From positions 1,980 through 65,979 of the forward strand of contig CAVSNH010000014.1 in assembly GCA_963729275.1 (NCBI GenBank): a stretch of DNA of 64,000 bases, given 5' to 3'. The notes beneath the pieces were generated by a model. The model did no database searches. It was not told the origin of the DNA and saw only the letters and a program-made list of their open reading frames with translations. Position numbers and translations under genes: made by a program. This DNA comes from an uncultured Acidimicrobiaceae bacterium (GTDB lineage: Bacteria > Actinomycetota > Acidimicrobiia > Acidimicrobiales > RAAP-2). Numbering within the stretch: position 1 is the stretch's first letter; the number at the start of each line of letters is the position of its first letter. Positions 1 to 8,095 of this stretch are shown one piece after another.

Positions 1-45
1 CTGGGACGGCGGGCAGCGGCAATCTCTCACTACGATCGCCGGCGC

Positions 46-1191
46 ATGGGCACCGAACGCGCCGTCGTGGTGGGGGGCGGCATCGTGGGCACCATGCACG
101 CCCTCGAGGCGTGCCGCCGTGGCTGGGATGTCGTCCACCTCGAGGCGGATGCCGAACCCCGTCGGGCGTCGGTGCGCAACTTCGGCTTGGTCTGGGTGAG
201 CGGCCGGGCCGCCGGCGAGGAGCTCGAGCTCGCTCTCCGGGCCCGCGAGCTGTGGGACCGGGCCGCCGCCGAGGCCCCGCGAATCGGCCTCCGGCCCGTC
301 GGTTCGATCACGCTGGCTCGCGACCAGAGTGAGTGGGACCTCATGGCCGAGGCAGTCGCCGGGCCCGACGCCGACCGGCGGGGATTCCGGCTACTCGACC
401 CTGCCGATGTCCGGCAGCTGAACCCCGCCATCCGGGGCGACGTCCTAGGCGGCTTGCACTGCGCCAAGGATGCGGTCGTCGAGCCCGCCCGCGTGCTCCC
501 GGCCTTGCGCGACGCGTTGGCCAGCACGGGTCGCTACCAGTGGTTGCCCGGCCACTACGCCGTCGATGTCATCCCCTGCCCCAACGCCAGATCCGGTCCC
601 ATCGCGGTCGACAGTTCCGGCCGGCACCATCAGGGATCGGCCGTCATCCTCTGCATCGGGGACCGGACGAACGGGATCGCCGGTCGGGTGGGCACATCCC
701 TCGCTGCCGCCTCGCTCACCCGGTGCCGCCTTCACATGATGCAGACCGCTCCGTCCACTGAGCGGGTGACGACCGCCTTGGCCGACGGCAACTCGATGCG
801 CTACTACCCGGCCTTCGATTTGGAGGCGCGATCGCGGCTGTCCGATCCCGACCCCGACACTGCCGCCTGGCGGATGCAGCTGCTCCTGGTGCAACGGGAC
901 AACGGCGCCCTGACCATCGGCGACACCCACACGTATGACGAGCCGTTCGACTTCGCCGTCGAGGAGAACGTCGTCCGCGAGCTCCGGCTGCGCGCCGAAG
1001 AGGTGCTGGGCTGGTCGATCCCGACGGTGGACCGCCGGTGGACCGGTGTCTACACCTTGACTCCGGGCGAGGAGGTGTGCCATCGCCAGCTGCTGGACAC
1101 CGGTGTGTGGGTAGTGACCGGATTGGCCGGACGCGGGATGACCCTGTCACCGGCCGTGGCCGAGACGACGTGGCAGGGGGTCGCCGCATGA
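46..1191 (+). CDS. FAD-dependent oxidoreductase (DAO/glycine-oxidase-like family)
   Basis: 381-aa ORF with an N-terminal dinucleotide-binding motif VVVGGGIVGTMHALEA. Its stop overlaps the next start (ATGA at 1188-1191). Pairing with a phosphonatase-like HAD gene matches a synteny I recall for TIGR03364/TIGR03351 (not searched). Confidence 0.8.
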   Translation: MGTERAVVVGGGIVGTMHALEACRRGWDVVHLEADAEPRRASVRNFGLVWVSGRAAGEELELALRARELWDRAAAEAPRIGLRPVGSITLARDQSEWDLMAEAVAGPDADRRGFRLLDPADVRQLNPAIRGDVLGGLHCAKDAVVEPARVLPALRDALASTGRYQWLPGHYAVDVIPCPNARSGPIAVDSSGRHHQGSAVILCIGDRTNGIAGRVGTSLAAASLTRCRLHMMQTAPSTERVTTALADGNSMRYYPAFDLEARSRLSDPDPDTAAWRMQLLLVQRDNGALTIGDTHTYDEPFDFAVEENVVRELRLRAEEVLGWSIPTVDRRWTGVYTLTPGEEVCHRQLLDTGVWVVTGLAGRGMTLSPAVAETTWQGVAA

Positions 1192-1862
1192 CGCCCATCC
1201 GGATGGTCGCCCTGGACATGGCCGGCACCACGGTGGACGACGCCGGCGCCGTCGAGGAAGCCTTCCAGGGGGCGCTCGACGCCATGGCGCTCACGGCCTC
1301 CGAACTGGCCGAGGACCCGGCCACCTACGTGCGGCGGACGATGGGCCAGTCGAAGATCGAGGTATTCACCGAGTTGCTCCATGGCGACCGTCACCGAGCC
1401 ACTCAGGCCAACGAGGCCTTCGAACGGGTCTTCGCCGAAGCCGTGGGCCGCGGTGAGGTCTCGGCCATGCCGGGAGCCGAGGCCACTCTCGGTTATCTCC
1501 GCGAGCGCGGGATGCGGATCTGCCTGACCACTGGCTTCGCGCCTTCCACCCGCGACCTCGTCATCGAGACGCTGGGTTGGGAAGGGGCGGTCGATCTCGG
1601 CCTCTCACCGGCCGATGCCGGGCGCGGCCGCCCCTGGCCGGACATGATCCTGACCGCCGTGCTCCGGCTGCGGATCGACGACGTGGCCGAGGTCGCAGTG
1701 GTCGGGGATACCGCCAGCGACCTGCAGGCCGGCGCCCGGGCCGGTGCCTCGATGGTCGTTGGGGTACTGAGCGGTGCTCACACAAAGGCGGAGCTCGGCG
1801 TCGCTCCCCACACCCACCTCATCGACTCGGTCGCCGACCTGCCCTCGCTGCTCGGAGGCTGA
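1188..1862 (+). CDS. HAD-superfamily hydrolase, phosphonatase-like
   Basis: Internal ATG of track ORF 1038..1862, chosen because it overlaps the upstream stop. HAD motif I is VALDMAGTTVDD and motif IV-like is VVGDTASDLQAG. Confidence 0.8.
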   Translation: MTPIRMVALDMAGTTVDDAGAVEEAFQGALDAMALTASELAEDPATYVRRTMGQSKIEVFTELLHGDRHRATQANEAFERVFAEAVGRGEVSAMPGAEATLGYLRERGMRICLTTGFAPSTRDLVIETLGWEGAVDLGLSPADAGRGRPWPDMILTAVLRLRIDDVAEVAVVGDTASDLQAGARAGASMVVGVLSGAHTKAELGVAPHTHLIDSVADLPSLLGG

Positions 1863-1955
1863 ACGCGACCAACAAGCTGAGCGCGGCCAACGAACAGACA
1901 ACGAACAGACAGCGTCGGCGCTTTCACCGCGCGACGGCTGGGAGAGCGGCACCCC

Positions 1956-2603
1956 TCAGATCGCCGCCTCGTGCAACCAGCTCAAATGGTCGTAGCCGAT
2001 GATGCGCCCGAGGGCGACGCCGACCGTCTCCTTGGCGAAGTAGGGCACGGTCGACCAGCCGGAGATGGGCGATGTCCGGGTAGGCGTCGGATAGGCCACC
2101 AGGCCGACGTCGGTGGCGATGGCCAGGCTGCGGTCCTCGTGGAACGGGTCGGTGGCGATGAGCACGGTCGTGTCCCCCCGTTGGCGGAGTTGCGGAGCCG
2201 CCAACGACAGTTCCTCCCAGGTGTCGCGACCCGTGACTTCGAGGATGTCGTTGGCTGGCACGCCGTGGGCCTCGAGATAACGCGCCGAGGCCCCGGACTC
2301 GGTGTAACGATCACCGCTCTCCTTGCCCCCGGTAACCATGATCACCTTGGCGTCACCCGCTCGCCAGAGCGTCAGGGCATCTTGCAGGCGCGAAGCCAGG
2401 TCCGGCGAGGGAACCCCGTTGTATTGAGCCGCCCCCATGACGACGATGGCGTCCGCCGGACGAGCGTCGTTGTGCCGGCTCGTCAGCCACACCTGTACAA
2501 AGGTCACCACCAGGTAGACGACCACAGCCAGAACCAGCCAGATGAGTACGCGCAGGATCCACCGGAGCACCCGCAGCCCGGCCAGCGCGCCGAGGACGAT
2601 CAC
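1956..2603 (-). CDS. DUF218/YdcF (ElyC/SanA-like) membrane-anchored protein
   Basis: 215 aa with an N-terminal TM helix, then AIVVMGAAQ...VIMVTGG...TDPFHEDRS, typical of the YdcF family. It lies 4 nt downstream of gltX on the same strand. Confidence 0.75.
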   Translation of the reverse strand: MIVLGALAGLRVLRWILRVLIWLVLAVVVYLVVTFVQVWLTSRHNDARPADAIVVMGAAQYNGVPSPDLASRLQDALTLWRAGDAKVIMVTGGKESGDRYTESGASARYLEAHGVPANDILEVTGRDTWEELSLAAPQLRQRGDTTVLIATDPFHEDRSLAIATDVGLVAYPTPTRTSPISGWSTVPYFAKETVGVALGRIIGYDHLSWLHEAAI

Positions 2604-2606
2604 CCG

Positions 2607-4127
2607 CTACGACGCTGGGTGACCCGCACGGCCGAGTGCGGCCTCGATGCGGGCAAGAGTGGGCTCGCGCCCGAGCAGGGCGAGCGACTCGAAGAGTGGT
2701 GGTCCCACCCGCCGGCCGGTCACTGCCACCCGGATGGGCGCCTGGGCTTTCCCCAGTTTGCGCCCCACCGAGTCTCCGACGGCCGCCGTCGCCTGGTACA
2801 GCGCGTCGCGCTCCCAGGTGTCGAGGGCCCGATAGGAGGCAGCGGCTCTGGCCAGGATGACCGGCCCCGACTCGTCCTCGACCACTGCCTTTTCGAACGA
2901 CGGCTCATCGACGGCCGGCGCCTCGAGGAAGAGGAAGTCGACCATGGCCGGCACCTCGCCGAGTGTGGCCACCCGTTCTTGGACGAGGGGGGCGATGGCC
3001 CGGAAGGTCGCCTCGTCGAAGCGGTCGTCCGGCCACGGAGCCGCACCGCCGGTCAGCCACGGGCGAGCAGCCTCGATGAAATCGTCGACCGGCATGGCCC
3101 GTATGTACTCCCCGTTCATGTGGGTGAGCTTGACCACGTCGAAGAATGCCGGGGCGTGGTTCACATCCTCGAGCGTGAACCAGTGCAGCATCTGGTCGCG
3201 GTCGAAGACCTCCTCGCCGTCGGGCGGTCCCCAGCCGAGCAGTCCCAGGTAATTGACGAAGGCGTCGGCCAGGTAGCCCTGGTCGCGGTAGTCCTCGACA
3301 GCCACCGGGTCTCGCCGCTTTGACAGCTTCTTGCGCTGTTCGTTGACGAGCATGGGCAGATGGGCAAAGACCGGCAACGGAGGGACCGGTCGAACCGCAC
3401 CCTGGCCGGAGCCACCGTCACCCGCCGCATCGCCCGCCATCGCACCGTCTGTCCGCCGGGCCTCCCAGCCGACAGCGGCGAGGGCCTGCCAGAGCAGGAT
3501 GCCCTTCGGCGTTGTGGGCAGCAGGTCCTCGCCCCGGATCACGTGGCTGATGGCCATGTCGATGTCGTCGACCACGTTGGCCAGCACGAAGAGGGGGGCT
3601 CCATTGCCCTTGACCACCACGAAGTCGTCGATGGCATCGTTGGGGAACACGACGTCGCCTCGGACAACGTCGGCCACGGTGGTGACCCCCTCGTCCGGCG
3701 ACCGGAACCGCAGTGCCCGGCCCTCCCCCCGCGGCAGCTTGCGCTCTCGGCAGAAGCCGTCGTAGCCCGGGGTCAGCCGCCCAGCGGCCTTGTTGCGGGC
3801 CTCGATCTCCTCGTGGGTGCAGTCGCAGGCGTAGAGATAGCCGCCCTCCCAGAGTGCGTCCTCGGCCTGGCGATAGCGCTCGGCCAGGCTGGACTGGCGG
3901 ATCGGGCCCTCGTCGGCGTCCATGCCCAACCAGTGGAGCGCCGAGAGGATGCCGTCGACCCACTCCTCACGGCTGCGGTCTGCGTCGGTGTCCTCGATGC
4001 GCAGGATGAAAGTGCCGCCCGTCTGGCGGGCCACCACCCAATTGAACAGTGCGGTGCGGGCGCTGCCGACGTGGAAGTAGCCGGTGGGTGAGGGGGCGAA
4101 CCGGACCCGGGCCGGGCTGCCCGGCAC
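2607..4127 (-). CDS. gltX: glutamate--tRNA ligase
   Basis: 506 aa. HIGH-region motif PSPTGYFHVGSART, KMSKS-type motif KLSKRR, and class I GluRS sequence throughout. Confidence 0.95.
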   Translation of the reverse strand: MPGSPARVRFAPSPTGYFHVGSARTALFNWVVARQTGGTFILRIEDTDADRSREEWVDGILSALHWLGMDADEGPIRQSSLAERYRQAEDALWEGGYLYACDCTHEEIEARNKAAGRLTPGYDGFCRERKLPRGEGRALRFRSPDEGVTTVADVVRGDVVFPNDAIDDFVVVKGNGAPLFVLANVVDDIDMAISHVIRGEDLLPTTPKGILLWQALAAVGWEARRTDGAMAGDAAGDGGSGQGAVRPVPPLPVFAHLPMLVNEQRKKLSKRRDPVAVEDYRDQGYLADAFVNYLGLLGWGPPDGEEVFDRDQMLHWFTLEDVNHAPAFFDVVKLTHMNGEYIRAMPVDDFIEAARPWLTGGAAPWPDDRFDEATFRAIAPLVQERVATLGEVPAMVDFLFLEAPAVDEPSFEKAVVEDESGPVILARAAASYRALDTWERDALYQATAAVGDSVGRKLGKAQAPIRVAVTGRRVGPPLFESLALLGREPTLARIEAALGRAGHPAS

Positions 4128-4134
4128 CAGGTCC

Positions 4135-4332
4135 TTACTCGTCCTCGATGATGGAGATGGCGCCCGTCGGGCAGCCGTTGGCTGCCTGACGCACCTTTTC
4201 GGCCAGCTCCGGACCGGGATGCTCGTTGAGCACGTAGAGGAACCCGTCGTCTCGCACCTCGAAGACCTCAGGGCAGATGCTCATGCAGACAGCATTGCTG
4301 GCGCACTCGTCGTAATCGACCACGACCTTCAT
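4135..4332 (-). CDS. small single-cluster ferredoxin (3Fe-4S/4Fe-4S, Fdx type)
   Basis: 65 aa with the pattern DECASNAVCMSICP...NGCPTGAISI, typical of actinobacterial P450-type ferredoxins. Confidence 0.85.
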   Translation of the reverse strand: MKVVVDYDECASNAVCMSICPEVFEVRDDGFLYVLNEHPGPELAEKVRQAANGCPTGAISIIEDE

Positions 4333-4381
4333 GCCGTCCCTCCCGGGCTCGCCGAACCGGGCGCCATCCTACTGGCGTGGC

Positions 4382-5536
4382 TCAGGGCTTCTCGCTCCCC
4401 ACAACCCACATGGCAAAGAATTGTGACCCGCCCCCGTAGGCCTGGCCCAGGGCGAGGCGGGCCCCGTCCACTTGGTGCTCGCCGGCCTGCCCCCGCACCT
4501 GCATGGCCACCTCGAGGAAGCGCAGCATGCCCGACGCGCCGATCGGGTTGGACGAGAGCACCCCACCCGATGGGTTCCAGGGGATGTCGCCGTCGAATGC
4601 GGTCGCTCCCGCCTCGGTGAGCTTCCATCCGTCGCCCAGGTCGCAGAACCCGAGGTTCTCGAGCCACATGGGCTCGTACCAGCTGAAGGGCACGTAGACC
4701 TCGGCCACGTCGAACTGCCGGCGCGGCTCGGTGATCCCGGCCTGGGCGTAGACATCGGCGGCGCAGTCACGGCCGGCCTGCGGGTTGACCTGGTCCCGAC
4801 CGGCGAACATGGTCGGCTCCGAGCGCATGGCCGACCCGTGGATCCAAGCCGGCGGGTACTGCCCGGAGATGGCGCGCTCGGAAGCGAGGACCATGGCCGC
4901 GGCGCCGTCCGAGGAGGGACAGGACTCGAGGTAGCGCAGCGGATCCCAGAGCATGATCGATTCCTCGACCATCTTCATGTCGATATCGGGGAGGTGCAGG
5001 TGGGCGTAAGGGTTGCGGAGGGCGTTGCGCCGGTCCTTCACTGCCACCATCCGGCCGATGTGCTCGGGAGCGCCCGACCGGCGCATATAGGAGCGGATGT
5101 GCGGCGCGAAATAGCCGCCGGCTCCGGCCAGCAGCGGCGCGGCGAAGGGCTGTGGGACGGACAGGGCCCACATGGCGTCGGAGTCCGATTGCTTCTCGTA
5201 GGCAACGGTGAGCACGCGTTCATGGGTGCCCGAGGCGACCAGATGGGAGGCAACGAGGGAGGTCGACCCGCCGACCGATCCGGCCGTGTGCACCCGGAAC
5301 ATGGGCTTGCCCACGGCGCCCAGCGCTGGGGCCAGGTAGATCTCCGGCATCATGTTGCCCTCGAACATGTCCGGCGCCTTGCCGATGACCACGGCGTCGA
5401 TATCGGACCAATCGAGATCGGCGTCGGCCAGCGCCATCTTGGCCGCCTCACGCACCAGACCGGCGATGGAGACGTCTTCGCGCTTGGCCTTGTGGTGGGT
5501 CTGGCCCACACCAATGACTGCGCACCGCTCGGCCAT
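4382..5536 (-). CDS. thiolase-like protein (SCP-x / lipid-transfer Ltp type)
   Basis: Start moved to MAERCAVIGVGQT (M15 of the track ORF). That ATG shares one base with the upstream stop (TGATG at 5534-5538). Thiolase-fold sequence throughout, with a C-terminal GGSQFFAMWVV. Confidence 0.85.
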   Translation of the reverse strand: MAERCAVIGVGQTHHKAKREDVSIAGLVREAAKMALADADLDWSDIDAVVIGKAPDMFEGNMMPEIYLAPALGAVGKPMFRVHTAGSVGGSTSLVASHLVASGTHERVLTVAYEKQSDSDAMWALSVPQPFAAPLLAGAGGYFAPHIRSYMRRSGAPEHIGRMVAVKDRRNALRNPYAHLHLPDIDMKMVEESIMLWDPLRYLESCPSSDGAAAMVLASERAISGQYPPAWIHGSAMRSEPTMFAGRDQVNPQAGRDCAADVYAQAGITEPRRQFDVAEVYVPFSWYEPMWLENLGFCDLGDGWKLTEAGATAFDGDIPWNPSGGVLSSNPIGASGMLRFLEVAMQVRGQAGEHQVDGARLALGQAYGGGSQFFAMWVVGSEKP

Positions 5537-6624
5537 CAGGATGCCTCCAGGACGCAGACCAGGTTCTGCTGCAGGCACGGCCCCGACGTGCCATGGGCGA
5601 CAGCCCGCAGGGCACGACCGGATCGGATGGCGGCGGCCGCTTCACCGATGCGGATGAGACCGGCCGACATGAGCGGGTTGGCGGCGAGTGGGCCCCCAGA
5701 CGGGTTGACCGCCGTCGTGCTGTCGAGGCCGAGGGCCTCACGGAGGATCAGCTCCTGGTGGGCGTAGGGCGCGTGCAGTTCGGCCACGTCCACCGGTCCG
5801 TCGGCGACACCGGCCACCTCGGCGGCCTTGATGGTCGAGGCCGAGACGGTGAGGTCGCGGGCGCCGAGGGCGTGAGTCTCGATGCGGTGGTCGATGCCGG
5901 TGATCCACGCCGGGTTGTCGCCGCCCCATGCCTCGGCCGCCTTGCCGGCAGCGAGCACGATGGCGGCGGCGCCGTCGGTGATGGGCGGGAGCGTGTGGCG
6001 ACGAAGGGGGGCGACGACGTAGTCCTCCGCCAGCAGCTCCTCGACCGAGCGGTCGAAGGCCAGCTGGGCGTTGGGGTTGGACAGCGCGTCCTTGCGGCTC
6101 CGAGCCGCGACCCTGGCGAAATCGTCCTCGGTGGCCTTGCCCGCGTCGATGAGGGCGCGGGCCTGCAGGGCCGCCAGGCTCACCGGGTCCGGCCACAGGG
6201 GTGCGACGTAGTACGGATCAAGCTGCAGAGCGAGGATCTCGTTGAGGTTGCCGAGAGACGATCGGCCGAACGAGTAGACGAGGGCGGCGTCGATCTCTCC
6301 CTCTTGCAGGAGGACCCAGGCCTCGTACAGCGCCCAGGCTCCGTCCATCTCCACGTGGCTCTCGGCCCGCGGCGGCCAGACGCCGACCGCGTCGAGGGCC
6401 ATCACGAAACTGAACGGCCCACCGATCAGATAGTCGGTCGAACCCGAACAGATGAAGTCGACGTCGTCCTTGGTGATGCCGATGGCTCCGAAAACATCAG
6501 CGATGACCGGCAACAGCCCCTCGACCTCGTTGTGCTGGTCGTCGCGCCGCACATTCTTGGCCTGGGCAAACGAGGCGACCGAGACCGGCCGGATGTCGCG
6601 CTTGGCGCCGGGCGCGGCACTCAC
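5536..6624 (-). CDS. thiolase-like protein, second subunit
   Basis: The long N-terminus of track ORF 5536..6981 overlaps the upstream gene. A GTG at 6622-6624 overlaps the upstream TGA (GTGA) and gives VSAAPGAKRD..., 362 aa of thiolase-like sequence. Confidence 0.8.
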   Translation of the reverse strand: MSAAPGAKRDIRPVSVASFAQAKNVRRDDQHNEVEGLLPVIADVFGAIGITKDDVDFICSGSTDYLIGGPFSFVMALDAVGVWPPRAESHVEMDGAWALYEAWVLLQEGEIDAALVYSFGRSSLGNLNEILALQLDPYYVAPLWPDPVSLAALQARALIDAGKATEDDFARVAARSRKDALSNPNAQLAFDRSVEELLAEDYVVAPLRRHTLPPITDGAAAIVLAAGKAAEAWGGDNPAWITGIDHRIETHALGARDLTVSASTIKAAEVAGVADGPVDVAELHAPYAHQELILREALGLDSTTAVNPSGGPLAANPLMSAGLIRIGEAAAAIRSGRALRAVAHGTSGPCLQQNLVCVLEAS

Positions 6625-7148
6625 AGGTACTCCTTGAAAGTGTCGTAATCGGCGTCCGGCTCGCCGTTGGGCCGGAAGTAGCGCACCGAGGCGAGCGACG
6701 GGCTGAGCTCGTCCGGGTCCACCCACACGGCCTCGACCCGCATGCCCATGCGGATCTGGTCGGTGGGGATCTCTTGGATGAGGCCCATGAACGAGAGGTT
6801 CGCCCCGTCGAGGAGCACCTGGGCGCAGATGTAGGGAATTTCGATGGACTGCCCGGCGAAGGGCACGTTCACCACGCAGTACGTCGTCACCGTCCCCGCA
6901 TTGCCGAGCTCGACGTCCTCGGTGGTGGGGACACCGTCGGTGGGGCACGAGCCCCGAGACGGCACGTAGACCTTTTTGCACGTTGGGCAGCGCTGGCCGA
7001 GGAACTTGCCCTGGGCCAGTCCCCGGAGGAACCGAGACTGGGCCACGCCGGGAGTGAAGGCATAGTCGAGCCGGATGGGGGTGGAGAGGGTGGCGATCGG
7101 GTCTTCGGTCTCGCCCCCGCCGTCGTTGGCGTCCGGTTCCGGGCTCAC
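6621..7148 (-). CDS. DUF35 OB-fold / zinc-ribbon acyl-CoA-associated protein
   Basis: 175 aa with a zinc-ribbon-like CPTCKKVYVPSRGSCPTDG followed by an OB-fold region. The GTG start overlaps the upstream stop (GTGA at 7145-7148). Confidence 0.8.
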   Translation of the reverse strand: MSPEPDANDGGGETEDPIATLSTPIRLDYAFTPGVAQSRFLRGLAQGKFLGQRCPTCKKVYVPSRGSCPTDGVPTTEDVELGNAGTVTTYCVVNVPFAGQSIEIPYICAQVLLDGANLSFMGLIQEIPTDQIRMGMRVEAVWVDPDELSPSLASVRYFRPNGEPDADYDTFKEYL

Positions 7149-7732
7149 GAGCCTGACCCCGAGGAGCCAGAGCCGCGGGAGCCTCCGGAGCGGCCGCTGG
7201 CCTCGGGCACGAAGGCGTCGATGTCGCTCATGGCTCCGACCCGCTCACCGGCCGGGCGGAAGCGGGCCACCACTCGGTCACCCGTGGCCAAGCCGTCAGG
7301 CCCGTCGACGTCGACGGTGTGCAACAGGGCCGTGTCGGCGCCGTCGAGGCGGATGAGTGCCCAGGCGAAGGGGGTAGTGCGGGGGTGCTTGGGCAACGGA
7401 TGCGACACCCAGGCCCAGGTCTCGACGACGCCGGCCGGACCGACTTCGACCAGCTCACCGGTGTCCTCGCTCGTGATCGGGTCGTACTCCGTCGGCGGCA
7501 CGATGACCGTGCCGCCCGCACCCCGGACGCCGAGGATGGTGCCGTCCCGCAAGCCGGTCAGGAAGGCACCGATGACCGGTCCGACCGATCGCAAATAGGG
7601 GTACTCGAGGTGGTGCTCGGCGTGGAGAACTTCGCTTTCGGGCAAAATTGCTGATTCCTCCCTGGCCCCTGGCCCGCTCGGCGGCTCGTCGTCGCTGGAG
7701 CCGGGCGGGGCCGGAAACGGCGTTGGAGCCAA
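7145..7732 (-). CDS. DUF35-like OB-fold protein lacking zinc-ribbon cysteines
   Basis: 195 aa with the same layout as the neighbouring DUF35 gene. The ribbon position reads GVRGAGGTVIVPPTEYDPITSED and contains no Cys. Confidence 0.65.
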   Translation of the reverse strand: MAPTPFPAPPGSSDDEPPSGPGAREESAILPESEVLHAEHHLEYPYLRSVGPVIGAFLTGLRDGTILGVRGAGGTVIVPPTEYDPITSEDTGELVEVGPAGVVETWAWVSHPLPKHPRTTPFAWALIRLDGADTALLHTVDVDGPDGLATGDRVVARFRPAGERVGAMSDIDAFVPEASGRSGGSRGSGSSGSGS

Positions 7733-7905
7733 CTGTCGAGCGTGAGCCGGACCTGGACCCGGAGCAAAAGTAGAACAGATTCCAGTTCGCTTCGCCAGCG
7801 CCCCCGCCCTGCGGCTTGCCGTGGGTGGCGACGCGGGAGGTGGGAAGCCTGAGGTGCACTGCCCGGTTGGGTCGGGACTGGCTCGCTCGGTGCATCCCGG
7901 CAGTT

Positions 7906-7960
7906 AAATTTTCGGACGGCCAATTTGTCAGCTTTCCCTGACAAATCCGGCCGAAAAAAT
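7906..7960. promoter_or_regulatory. AT-rich imperfect palindrome (core TTTGTCAG-N6-CTGACAAA)
   Basis: Perfect 8-bp arms at 7924-7931 and 7938-7945, with further imperfect pairing out to AAATTTTCGG / CCGAAAAAATT. It sits in the divergent intergenic region between the DUF35 operon and the sulfatase gene. Confidence 0.4.
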
Positions 7961-8095
7961 TCGCGGGCCACCGATGCGGGGCGGGCCGAAGGAGCTGAGC
8001 CCGCCTACGGAGTGCTGGCGCGGGGAGCGATCCTTCGCCAGCCTCCCCCGCTCAAAGAGAGGCACCCCGAGCGCCGGCGCTACGTTGGTCTGGGC

